From Aeropyrum sp. (GTDB taxonomy: Archaea > Thermoproteota > Thermoprotei_A > Sulfolobales > Acidilobaceae), in assembly GCA_015523465.1 (NCBI GenBank), contig WAKF01000023.1, forward strand, positions 6,184 to 70,183: DNA of 64,000 nucleotides, given 5' to 3'. Position 1 is the stretch's first letter; every line of letters begins with the position of its first letter. Positions 1-7,803 of the stretch are shown one piece after another. The position numbers and the translations under genes were made by a program. The notes under the pieces were generated by a model that was given only the letters and a program-made list of their open reading frames with translations, made no database searches and had not been told where the DNA came from.

Positions 1-172
1 GGATCTCGTAGAGCGAGTACCTGAGAGCACCTCCGCCAAGGCTAAATAAAGGTACCCCAGCCCCACTAAAAGTCCCATACTCCCTATTAAATATGGGTAC
101 CCGGGCGTCCGGCTTTACTGCTACGTCGAGCTCATACGCATAATCCATATGAGTCTTTTCCTGCGAAGCCAC
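1..172 (-). CDS. thrS: Threonyl-tRNA synthetase, catalytic (editing-domain-less) crenarchaeal type; 5' part only, runs off the window start
   Basis: Not in the ORF track. Manual translation from GTG at 172 gives (M)[56 protein letters not shown], which closely resembles the N-terminus of Aeropyrum pernix ThrRS-1 as I recall it. Confidence 0.88.
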   Translation of the reverse strand, partial: MASQEKTHMDYAYELDVAVKPDARVPIFNREYGTFSGAGVPLFSLGGGALRYSLYEI

Positions 173-299
173 AGGCTACACACCCAGCCCCTCTAGTTGA
201 AGCCAACCGGAGATATAACAGTTGATAGGGAGAAAGGACGGGTAGGACCTACCAGGCATTATTATGAAGTTTATGAAATTAAGGTTAAAAAGGAGGGAG

Positions 300-1925
300 C
301 TAAGCCTCGGGCTCCATATAAGGCCTCCTCCACTCCTTTGGCGGTACTAGGGTCTCCTTTATGCTCCTAGGCGTCACCCACTTCAGCAGGTTCAAGAACC
401 AGCCGGCCTTGTCGTTGGTACCGCTCCACCTGCTACCTCCGAAGGGCTGCCTGGCTACTATGGAGCCTGTAGGCTTATCGTTTATGTAGAAGTTGCCTGC
501 CGCGTACCTTAACATCTTCTCGGCCTTTATAATGGCGTCCCTGTCTTTGGCAAATATGCTGCCTGTGAGGCCGTAGGGGGCGGCCTTGTCAACAATCCAC
601 AGGGTTTCTTCGTACTTGTCATCGTCGTACACGTAGACTGTTAGTACTGGGCCGAATATCTCCTCGGTCATAAGCTTGCCCTTGGGATTGTTAGTTAGTA
701 TCACAGTGGGCCACACGAACCAACCCTTACTGTCGTCGTACTTGCCACCATAGATTATCTGGTACTCTTCAGGGTGCTGCCTAGCATATTCTATGTAACT
801 GATTATCTTCCTATACTGCTCCTCACTTATTATAGCTCCCATGAAGACTGAGAAGTCGTCAACGGGGCCAACCTTAATCTTGTCGAGCTCCGCCTTCATC
901 ATCTCCCAGAACCTGGGCCACATGCTCTTAGGTACGAATAGCCTTGAGGCGGCGCTACACTTTTGGCCCTGGTACTCGAAGGCGCCTCTGATGGTGGCTA
1001 CTACCGCTTCTCTTATGTCGGCGCTGGGGTGGACCACTATGAAGTCCTTACCGCCCGTCTCGCCTACTATCCTCGGGAAGTTCCTATACTTATTCAGGTT
1101 TGCAGAGATCATCTTCCATAGTCTGACAAAGGTTGAGTAGCTCCCCGTGAAATGTAGGCCTGCGAAGTCTGGGTGGCTGAGTATTATGTTAGTATGCTTG
1201 TACTCGAATGGGACGAAGTTTATGACTCCCGGAGGGAGGCCAGCCTCCATGAGTATCTTCATTATCAGGTAGTTAGAGTAGATAACCCACCTTGATGGCT
1301 TCCATAAGACGACATTGCCCATAAGCGCTGGGGCTGATGGTAGGTTACCCCCTATACTGAAGAAGTTGAACGGCGGCACAGCTAGTATAAAGCCCTCGAG
1401 AGGCCTCCAGTCAACCCTATTAATCTCGCCCTCAGCCTGCTCCGGCTGCTGCTCGTAGATGAACCTTGCATAGTAAGCTCCGAACCGCCAAAAGTCTACA
1501 AGTTCCGCTAGGTCTATCTCAGCCTCCCACGGAGTCTTTGAGTGGTTCATCATTATGACGGCGTCGGCTTCAATCCTATAAGGCCCTGCTAGTAGGTCTG
1601 CAGCCTTAATGAACACTGCTACCCTATGATACCACTCAGTTTCGCTCCACTTAGTCCAAGCGTCAAGCGCCTTTTCAATAGCCTCCCTAATCTCCTCTTC
1701 TCCCGCCAGGTGTGCTATTGCCAAGACCCTATCTTTCTCGTGTGGAGCCCTAATCTCTATGGTGTCTCCGGTCTTAACTTCTTTACCCCCTATTATCAAT
1801 GGTATCTCTACAGTCTTGTTCTTAATCTCCTCTAGCTTCTTCTTGAGAAGCTCCCTCTCCTTAGTGCCAGGCTCAAAGCCAAGGAACTTCTCGTTCTTTG
1901 GCTTAGGCACCCGCCATAAGGGCAA
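300..1925 (-). CDS. pruA: 1-pyrroline-5-carboxylate (L-glutamate gamma-semialdehyde) dehydrogenase
   Basis: ALDH motifs PFNF, HFTGS, GETGGKDF, FEYQGQKCSA (catalytic Cys), EEIFGPVL, QPFGGSRWSGTNDKAG, the last typical of P5CDH. Confidence 0.93.
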   Translation of the reverse strand: MPLWRVPKPKNEKFLGFEPGTKERELLKKKLEEIKNKTVEIPLIIGGKEVKTGDTIEIRAPHEKDRVLAIAHLAGEEEIREAIEKALDAWTKWSETEWYHRVAVFIKAADLLAGPYRIEADAVIMMNHSKTPWEAEIDLAELVDFWRFGAYYARFIYEQQPEQAEGEINRVDWRPLEGFILAVPPFNFFSIGGNLPSAPALMGNVVLWKPSRWVIYSNYLIMKILMEAGLPPGVINFVPFEYKHTNIILSHPDFAGLHFTGSYSTFVRLWKMISANLNKYRNFPRIVGETGGKDFIVVHPSADIREAVVATIRGAFEYQGQKCSAASRLFVPKSMWPRFWEMMKAELDKIKVGPVDDFSVFMGAIISEEQYRKIISYIEYARQHPEEYQIIYGGKYDDSKGWFVWPTVILTNNPKGKLMTEEIFGPVLTVYVYDDDKYEETLWIVDKAAPYGLTGSIFAKDRDAIIKAEKMLRYAAGNFYINDKPTGSIVARQPFGGSRWSGTNDKAGWFLNLLKWVTPRSIKETLVPPKEWRRPYMEPEA

Positions 1926-2141
1926 CCCAGAACACCCCTAGGAGCCTGCTTCTCAGGTATTGTAGTGGGATGGAGCGGGTAATATAGGGTTTGACATTGT
2001 AGTTACTAGGCGGGCTCTGAGGAGCCTTTGAAGAGCTTCTACATAGCTTAGGTAACACCCCATTATATAGCCTAAGCCTACCGTCCCTCATCACCTAGGA
2101 GGGCCCTATCACCAATAAAGCTTTAACTGGGGTGGATGTAG

Positions 2142-3209
2142 TTGAGGCTAGCCTTTACTCTGCCACCTCCGCCTCGAGGAGTTGAAGGATTAAGTTTAAG
2201 TGATGCCGTTAACCTCTTTCTACATTATCTCGAGGCTTCTGGAGCCAACCCTAAAACTGTAAAGGTATATAGGGCCGCCTTGAGGAGTTTCGAGGAGTTT
2301 GCGGGGTCTGAGAGACCTGTAGGGTCCTTGGGTAGGGAAGATTATGTTGCATGGTCTGCCCTTATAAGCAGGAAGGTTGCTCGGGGCGAGGTTTCTAGGG
2401 CTACCGCCCACTACTATACGATTATGGTTAGGAAGTTCTTCAAGTGGCTAGGCTTGGGGGAGGATCTTTCAGCTTTACCCTTAGGTCCTAGGAGGTTTAA
2501 GGGTGTTCTCTCGTGGAGGGATGTGGAAGCTCTCTTAGCTGCTTCGAAGGACCTCTACGACGCGTTGATAGTGGCGTTGCTTGCAGAGACGGGTATGAGG
2601 GCTTCTGAGATGCTATCCCTAACGTTCGAGGACGTAGACCTCTCCCGGGGGGTTGCTAGGGTTAGGGGTAAGTATGGTAAGGAGAGGATTGTAGTGCTAG
2701 GGCCTATGTCGAGAATGCTTCTAGCAGAGGCTGCAGCCCTTTCGGGGGGTCGAGGTAGGGTTATTCCTCTCTCCTACAAGGCAGTCTATAAGAGGCTAAA
2801 GAAGCTAGCTGAGAGGGCGGGGGTAGATCCTAAGCGTGTGAGACCTCACGTTTTAAGGCATACTTTCGCTACGGAGGCGTTGAGGAGAGGCATGAGCTTG
2901 TCGGCTCTCCAGAAGATACTGGGTCATAGCAGCCTCAGGATAACCCAACTATATCTACACTTAAGCGACGAGGACGTCGTAAGAGAGTATAATAGGGCTT
3001 TCAGTGGCACGACGGCTCATAGCCTAGGAGGCGAGATTCCTAGCCCTCAGGCTCAGTCTCTTCAGCCTGCATTACCCCCTTATGGAGGCATTCCCCAGTA
3101 TCAGCCTGCAAGCTTCTACCAGCACCCCTACCAGGCTCCGCCGCCGCATCAAGGCCCCTGGCAGCCTGCCAGGCTACGGAGAGAAGCTTATCAACCTCAG
3201 GCCCCTTAA
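2142..3209 (+). CDS. xerA: XerA (XerC/D-like) tyrosine recombinase with a Pro/Gln-rich C-terminal tail
   Basis: N-terminal core-binding domain; catalytic set GMRASE (R), GKYGKER (K), RPHVLRH (HxxR), LGH, TQLY (Y). No proviral genes nearby. Confidence 0.88.
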   Translation: MRLAFTLPPPPRGVEGLSLSDAVNLFLHYLEASGANPKTVKVYRAALRSFEEFAGSERPVGSLGREDYVAWSALISRKVARGEVSRATAHYYTIMVRKFFKWLGLGEDLSALPLGPRRFKGVLSWRDVEALLAASKDLYDALIVALLAETGMRASEMLSLTFEDVDLSRGVARVRGKYGKERIVVLGPMSRMLLAEAAALSGGRGRVIPLSYKAVYKRLKKLAERAGVDPKRVRPHVLRHTFATEALRRGMSLSALQKILGHSSLRITQLYLHLSDEDVVREYNRAFSGTTAHSLGGEIPSPQAQSLQPALPPYGGIPQYQPASFYQHPYQAPPPHQGPWQPARLRREAYQPQAP

Positions 3210-3939
3210 CCCCCCACTTAACCCCATCTGACTCGAACCTCACAGCTACTATGGATACATAGCCTTCCATTAAGGCTCTCGCATCACTACCTTTAGGCGC
3301 CTCCAAGTAGAACTTTCTCCTATCAAGCCTTGAGAGCTTAGCTACGAACCCCCTTATAGAAGCTTCTAACCATGGAACTCCCATGTAGAGGTTCGCTGCT
3401 GTAACGCCCTTCCAGGGTGGCTTAGGAGCGTTTATTATGACTAGGTTGTATGTGTCAGGCCTAGATGATGCAATAGCTGTTGCAAGCCGTGCTGCAAGCC
3501 TGGCAGCAGGCTCCATGCACTCTCTCGTATAGTCCCTTAGGTCATCTCCACAGTAGCTACTTACTGCTAGAGATGGAACCCCCCTTAGGGCTGCTTCTAT
3601 ACCCGCACCTATAGTGCCGCTGGAGAAGAAGTCATAGACTCCTATGTTAGGTCCATTGTTGATCCCTGACACTACCACGTCGAATTCTCTGCGGGAGAGT
3701 AGTGCTAACTCCGCACAGAGGGCGGGAGGAGCGTTTATAGCATAAGCCTTGACCCCGGATATTAGGGCTTCGTAGACGCTCACAGGCTTAACCTTACCCA
3801 CGCACTTACTAGAGCCGCTCCAGTCACCTAAGGGTGCGTAGACTTCCACTTCGAAGCCTTCTAGCCTTAAGCTTTCCACCAATAACCTCAAGCCTAAGCT
3901 CCACACTCCATCATCGTTTGTAGCCAAGGCTCTTAACAT
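3040..3939 (-). CDS. surE: 5'/3'-nucleotidase SurE
   Basis: LATNDDGV, APLGDWSGSS, VVSGINNGPN, SSGTIGAGIEA and PSLAVS motifs. Confidence 0.92.
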   Translation of the reverse strand: MLRALATNDDGVWSLGLRLLVESLRLEGFEVEVYAPLGDWSGSSKCVGKVKPVSVYEALISGVKAYAINAPPALCAELALLSRREFDVVVSGINNGPNIGVYDFFSSGTIGAGIEAALRGVPSLAVSSYCGDDLRDYTRECMEPAARLAARLATAIASSRPDTYNLVIINAPKPPWKGVTAANLYMGVPWLEASIRGFVAKLSRLDRRKFYLEAPKGSDARALMEGYVSIVAVRFESDGVKWGVKGPEVDKLLSVAWQAARGLDAAAEPGRGAGRSLQADTGECLHKGVMQAEETEPEG

Positions 3940-4026
3940 GACGTCACCGCCTAATGGTGGTGGATGCCTTGAGATTATAATTTGTTAGCCTCACTTTAAA
4001 CTCGTAAAGACCTCGGTGGCCGTGTT

Positions 4027-5097
4027 TTGAGGGTTGCTGTCGTAGGACTTGGTGTAGCGGGGCTTATGATCGCATGGACCCTTTCATCTAGAGGGTTTAG
4101 GGTCTATGCCATAGACGATGAATCCAGGCTATCTGCAACCCATGTATCAGCCGGGATTGTGACCCTTCTGATGCCGGAACCCTTTATTCACATGGCATTA
4201 AGGTCTCTCGAGGTTTATAGAGAAAATTTCAAGTCGTCGGCTGTAGAGGCTAACCTCTACTGGATACATAAGCGTGATACATGCAGTATTGGGATTGCAA
4301 GGACTCTGGATAAGCTTAGAGTTAACCTAGAGTTTTTGAGTGAAGGCAAAAGGGATTTCAGAGTACCGGAGGGCTTGGAGTTTAAGCTTGAAGAAGGGGA
4401 AGCATTAGCTAGGCTTAATACCGTGATCGTGGATACGGGCTCGTTGAGAGCTGAGGTTCTACGCAATGTCGAGGATTACATTGTTGGACGTGCTAAGGTG
4501 AAATGTGGAATTGTCTCTATAGGCAACGAAACAGTAAAGGCTGACTATATAATATTGTCTATGGGGCCGTGGACACCTCTTCCTAAGGATACAGCTATGA
4601 TATATGCCTGTGAGACAGCGTTTCTAAAGGCTATAGTTAACGTAGAAGAAGCTTTAGCCCTCATAGACGACTCGCTAGACTTTTATGCCGTATTTAGAGG
4701 TGGTGAGGTTCAAGTCGGTAATGGGGGTTATAGGGCCTCTACTAGGCCCGAAGAACTTTACTCGCCGGACCCGGAGTCTATAGGGTTTGTTCTAGACTCT
4801 CTCGCACTAAGGGTTGCAGGTGCAAGCGCGTGGGAAGTTGATAGAGTTCTCTCAGTACCCTGTGTATCATGTCCTGACGCAGCCCCGGCTGTAGGACCTC
4901 TCCCTACTTGCCCTTCAACAATAGTAGCTACTGGGCTCAACGGGGCGGGGGTCTCTCTAGCCCCGGCTCTAGCTGAAATACTTGCCGACTACATTGAAGG
5001 CAGAAAGGAGATACCTTCGTTCTTGAGGCTAGATAGAAGGGTTAAGGACCTTGGAATAAGGCCTTCAGAACCCTTCAGGCTATGCCCTTCTACGTAG
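4027..5097 (+). CDS. FAD-dependent oxidoreductase, DAO/sarcosine-oxidase-beta family
   Basis: N-terminal Rossmann GxGxxG (VVGLGVAG), ATHVSAGIV, and C-terminal PAVG...ATGLNGAGVSLAPALAE. Confidence 0.85.
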   Translation: MRVAVVGLGVAGLMIAWTLSSRGFRVYAIDDESRLSATHVSAGIVTLLMPEPFIHMALRSLEVYRENFKSSAVEANLYWIHKRDTCSIGIARTLDKLRVNLEFLSEGKRDFRVPEGLEFKLEEGEALARLNTVIVDTGSLRAEVLRNVEDYIVGRAKVKCGIVSIGNETVKADYIILSMGPWTPLPKDTAMIYACETAFLKAIVNVEEALALIDDSLDFYAVFRGGEVQVGNGGYRASTRPEELYSPDPESIGFVLDSLALRVAGASAWEVDRVLSVPCVSCPDAAPAVGPLPTCPSTIVATGLNGAGVSLAPALAEILADYIEGRKEIPSFLRLDRRVKDLGIRPSEPFRLCPST

Positions 5098-5667
5098 CTT
5101 ATTAGCTAGGTCCTTCAGGATACAGAGCATCATTAAGAGGGGGTTGATACTTGGTATGCCCTTCATAGCCTTTTCGTATTCACCGCAGGTTACCTGGTTT
5201 AGATATCTTTCCTCTATATATCCTAATAGCCTATATGCAATGAAGAGAGTGGCTGTGGTTATTAGTAGGGGGGCCTTAATGAAGCTTAAGCCTAAGAAGA
5301 ATAAAGTTACTGACGAATAGAGAGGATGCCTAACACATGAGTAAGGACCTTCAACAACTATTTTAATGTTACCCTTACATTCACCACGATCCCTCGTTTG
5401 GAATAGTGACACTACTTCCCATGGTAAAGTCTTTATAGTACGAGATAGCATTACATGGGGAGGAAATACCGTGTAAACACGAATAATTCCATATAGACCT
5501 AGAAGAGCTACCGTCAAGCCAGTAACAGTTATGAAAGGGTTAAATGGGCCTTCTGGAAGTTCCGTCATGCTCCATAACGTAAATGACAGGAATATGACAG
5601 TTGCTAGAAAGAGTAATATTAGTAGAGCCATTAAAAAAGCCTCTATGAAGGTCCTAAGCTCCGTCAA
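5080..5667 (-). CDS. Isoprenylcysteine carboxyl methyltransferase / PEMT-family membrane methyltransferase
   Basis: Several TM helices, GPYSCVRHPLY motif, and EE-x-x-L ... YEKAMKGIP C-terminal pattern. Confidence 0.75.
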   Translation of the reverse strand: MTELRTFIEAFLMALLILLFLATVIFLSFTLWSMTELPEGPFNPFITVTGLTVALLGLYGIIRVYTVFPPHVMLSRTIKTLPWEVVSLFQTRDRGECKGNIKIVVEGPYSCVRHPLYSSVTLFFLGLSFIKAPLLITTATLFIAYRLLGYIEERYLNQVTCGEYEKAMKGIPSINPLLMMLCILKDLANKLRRRA

Positions 5668-5848
5668 CCGCTGTCACCCAGGGAAACCTCGCAAGGTGAT
5701 GGTTAAAAATGGGGTCCTTTTAGTTCACGTCTAAACCTTATACCAAAACGTTAAAATTATATTTATATGGTTTACCTGTGGTATATATATCTAAACTTTA
5801 AAGCGTTCCGTTCAATTATTAAATATATTATAATAATGGGGTGATAGC

Positions 5849-6049
5849 GTGGCCGGGGCTGTGTTAGCTTTAGATAGTTTAAGGCTTCCCTTGAAAAGAA
5901 AGCTTTCTAGAAGTAATAACAAAGTGAAGATGGACACAGAATACTCTTATATAACACTACCCGTAGACAATAAGTCTGAGGACCCTCTTATAAAGGTGTT
6001 TAGTGAGAACCCGAGCATAGCACTTCTTGCCAGAGCTAAAATAGCTTGA
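5849..6049 (+). CDS. Small hypothetical protein (66 aa)
   Basis: GTG start preceded by SD-like GGGGTGA and an AT-rich TATA-like region; no family recognised. Confidence 0.45.
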   Translation: MAGAVLALDSLRLPLKRKLSRSNNKVKMDTEYSYITLPVDNKSEDPLIKVFSENPSIALLARAKIA

Positions 6050-6202
6050 AGTATAACATAGGCCCTTTTCCACTTCAAAATTGTAGGGTTACCAAGCTAA
6101 CCCTATATCGTGTATAAGGTTTTTAGGGTCTGAGTTTACAGGTATCCTTCAGGCCTTAGAGAAGACTACAATCAAGGCTGACGCATGCTGGGTGATGTAT
6201 GA

Positions 6203-7102
6203 GTGCAGGGCCAAAGCAAGATTACAGAACTTAGGAAGGAGGCCGACGAAATAGCTAAGCAGCTTGAAGACTTGAGAAGCGAGATAGTTAGGCTTAAGGA
6301 GGAAAGGAGAAGGCTTATAGATGAGGTTAAGGGCCTTAGACAGCAGAGAAGAGTTCTTATAGACGAGAAAAGGAAGCTTGTTGAAAGGCTTAAGACGCTT
6401 AGAGATGAGAGGAAGAGGGTTCTAGACGCCCTAGCTAGGCTTAAGGAGGAAAGGAAGAAAGCTAGGGAAGAGTTGATTATAAAGAGGGATCAGTTGAGGG
6501 TCCTTCAGAACTTGGTTGCTAAGGAGGGCGGTAGTAATATTGCTAAAGTGAGCGTTAAGAGACTTCAAAAGAGGATTGAGGAGCTAGAGATGATAATGCA
6601 GACGAGGCTTTTAGCGCCTGAGGAGGAAAGAAGGATTATTGATGAGATAGCTAGGCTTGAGGAGATCGTTGAGAGAGTTAAGAAGGCTAGGCAACAGGTC
6701 CTATCACTTATAGAACTCAAGGCTGAGGTGAAAGCCCTAATCCTTAGGAATAGAGAGTTGACGGAGAAGATTAACGAGCTTAGGGAGAAGGCTGGCAGGC
6801 TTAAGGCTGAGCTGGGAGAGGTTACAAGGGCCATAGAAGACTATAACTCCAAGATCAACGAACTAACAGTTAAGATAGATGAGCGCAGCAAGGCTATAGA
6901 CGAGCTTACTGTTAAGATAGACGAACTACAGTCGAAGAGGAGGGAGCTAGAGAAGAAGTTAGCTGAGATAAAGTTTGCCATAGCTAAGGGAGTCGAATTA
7001 GAGGAGATTGAAAGGAAGAAGAAGGAGTTAACGGAGAAGATGAAGCGCGGGGAGCCTCTAACCCTGGAAGAGCTGAAGCTACTCTACGGCGTTTTAGATT
7101 AA
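6203..7102 (+). CDS. Conserved archaeal coiled-coil protein (COG1340-like)
   Basis: Continuous heptad E/K/R/L pattern, LAPEEERRIIDEI segment, and C-terminal KMKRGEPLTLEELKLL. Confidence 0.8.
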   Translation: MQGQSKITELRKEADEIAKQLEDLRSEIVRLKEERRRLIDEVKGLRQQRRVLIDEKRKLVERLKTLRDERKRVLDALARLKEERKKAREELIIKRDQLRVLQNLVAKEGGSNIAKVSVKRLQKRIEELEMIMQTRLLAPEEERRIIDEIARLEEIVERVKKARQQVLSLIELKAEVKALILRNRELTEKINELREKAGRLKAELGEVTRAIEDYNSKINELTVKIDERSKAIDELTVKIDELQSKRRELEKKLAEIKFAIAKGVELEEIERKKKELTEKMKRGEPLTLEELKLLYGVLD

Positions 7103-7197
7103 GAAGAGTACTCATAGTGGATGTAAATAATATAGTCGCATATCTTTTACTAGACCCTCGTGAGAGCGAGTGGTAGCAAATCAAGGTTGAACTAATT

Positions 7198-7269
7198 GGG
7201 TGCTCGGCTGGGTAAGTTGTCGTCATAGCCTCGAGGGCTCAGGCCGGGAGTAATTCGTCACTGCCACCC
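7198..7269 (-). ncRNA. Box C/D guide sRNA (minus strand)
   Basis: Minus strand reads GGGTGGCA-[C GTGACGA]-ATTACTCCCGGC-[D' CTGA]-GCCCTCGAGGCT-[C' ATGACGA]-CAACTTACCCAG-[D CCGA]-GCACCC. Terminal stem GGGTG/CACCC and two 12-nt guides. Confidence 0.78.
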
Positions 7270-7336
7270 TAGTGATTCTTAGGATTTAATGCGGGATTAA
7301 GAAGTTAATTCCCTAGGGTAACTGTAGCGGTTTAGG

Positions 7337-7401
7337 GGCACGGATGACGAGACTTGCCCCCACCTGATGTATGACGAGATTACCGCGGTCACGGACGTGC
7401 C
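7337..7401 (+). ncRNA. Box C/D guide sRNA targeting 16S rRNA helix 18 region
   Basis: GGCACG-G-[C ATGACGA 7344-7350]-GACTTGCCCCCAC-[D' CTGA]-TGT-[C' ATGACGA]-GATTACCGCGGTCA-[D CGGA]-CGTGCC. Perfect 6-bp terminal stem; guides antisense to GGGGGCAAGUC and GCCGCGGUAAU of crenarchaeal 16S. Confidence 0.9.
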
Positions 7402-7446
7402 TTCCCCCACACCATTTTAGCCGTAACACCTCTAGCTTGTGTATGG

Positions 7447-7803
7447 GTGAGTTTGGTCTTGGGGTGGACGGAGGATGTTTCTCTAGCCTTGAAGGTTCGG
7501 GGTTACCGTGTTTCGAGGGTTGTAGAGAGGTTTAGGAGTTTTGAGGGTTCTATCGTAGAGAGGATTAAGGTGGTAGGATTTAGTAGTGATGGTAGGGTTA
7601 AGATTAGCGTTGTGGGTTTAGAGGGAGGTTTAAAGGTTTCCATATTAGTTTCTGGCGGCATTGAGAGCTTACACGGCTTAGCTGAAGATGCTGAAGCTCT
7701 CGGAGGCATTGTAGACCTGGATGAGGATTCTGGGAGGCTTTATATAGTGTTTAAGAGTATTGATGTTGAGAGGGCGGGTGCTCTTATTGAGAGTTTGCTT
7801 TGA
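7447..7803 (+). CDS. Hypothetical protein (118 aa)
   Basis: Open frame with host-like codon usage (AGG/GAG/GTT rich); overlaps the next ORF. Confidence 0.6.
   Translation: MSLVLGWTEDVSLALKVRGYRVSRVVERFRSFEGSIVERIKVVGFSSDGRVKISVVGLEGGLKVSILVSGGIESLHGLAEDAEALGGIVDLDEDSGRLYIVFKSIDVERAGALIESLL

Noticed and set aside
1903-2094. 63-aa ORF, and a GTGATGA C-box-like motif at its start
   Set aside because: No D' or D box follows at guide distance, and the ORF spans the pruA promoter region with no recognisable protein features.
2142-3209. Tyrosine recombinase as a proviral integrase
   Set aside because: It is flanked by housekeeping genes, with no split integrase, att repeat or viral genes; it fits chromosomal XerA.
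6984-7226. 80-aa minus-strand ORF
   Set aside because: Its ATG is the C' box of the minus-strand C/D sRNA, and the rest is antisense to the coiled-coil gene.
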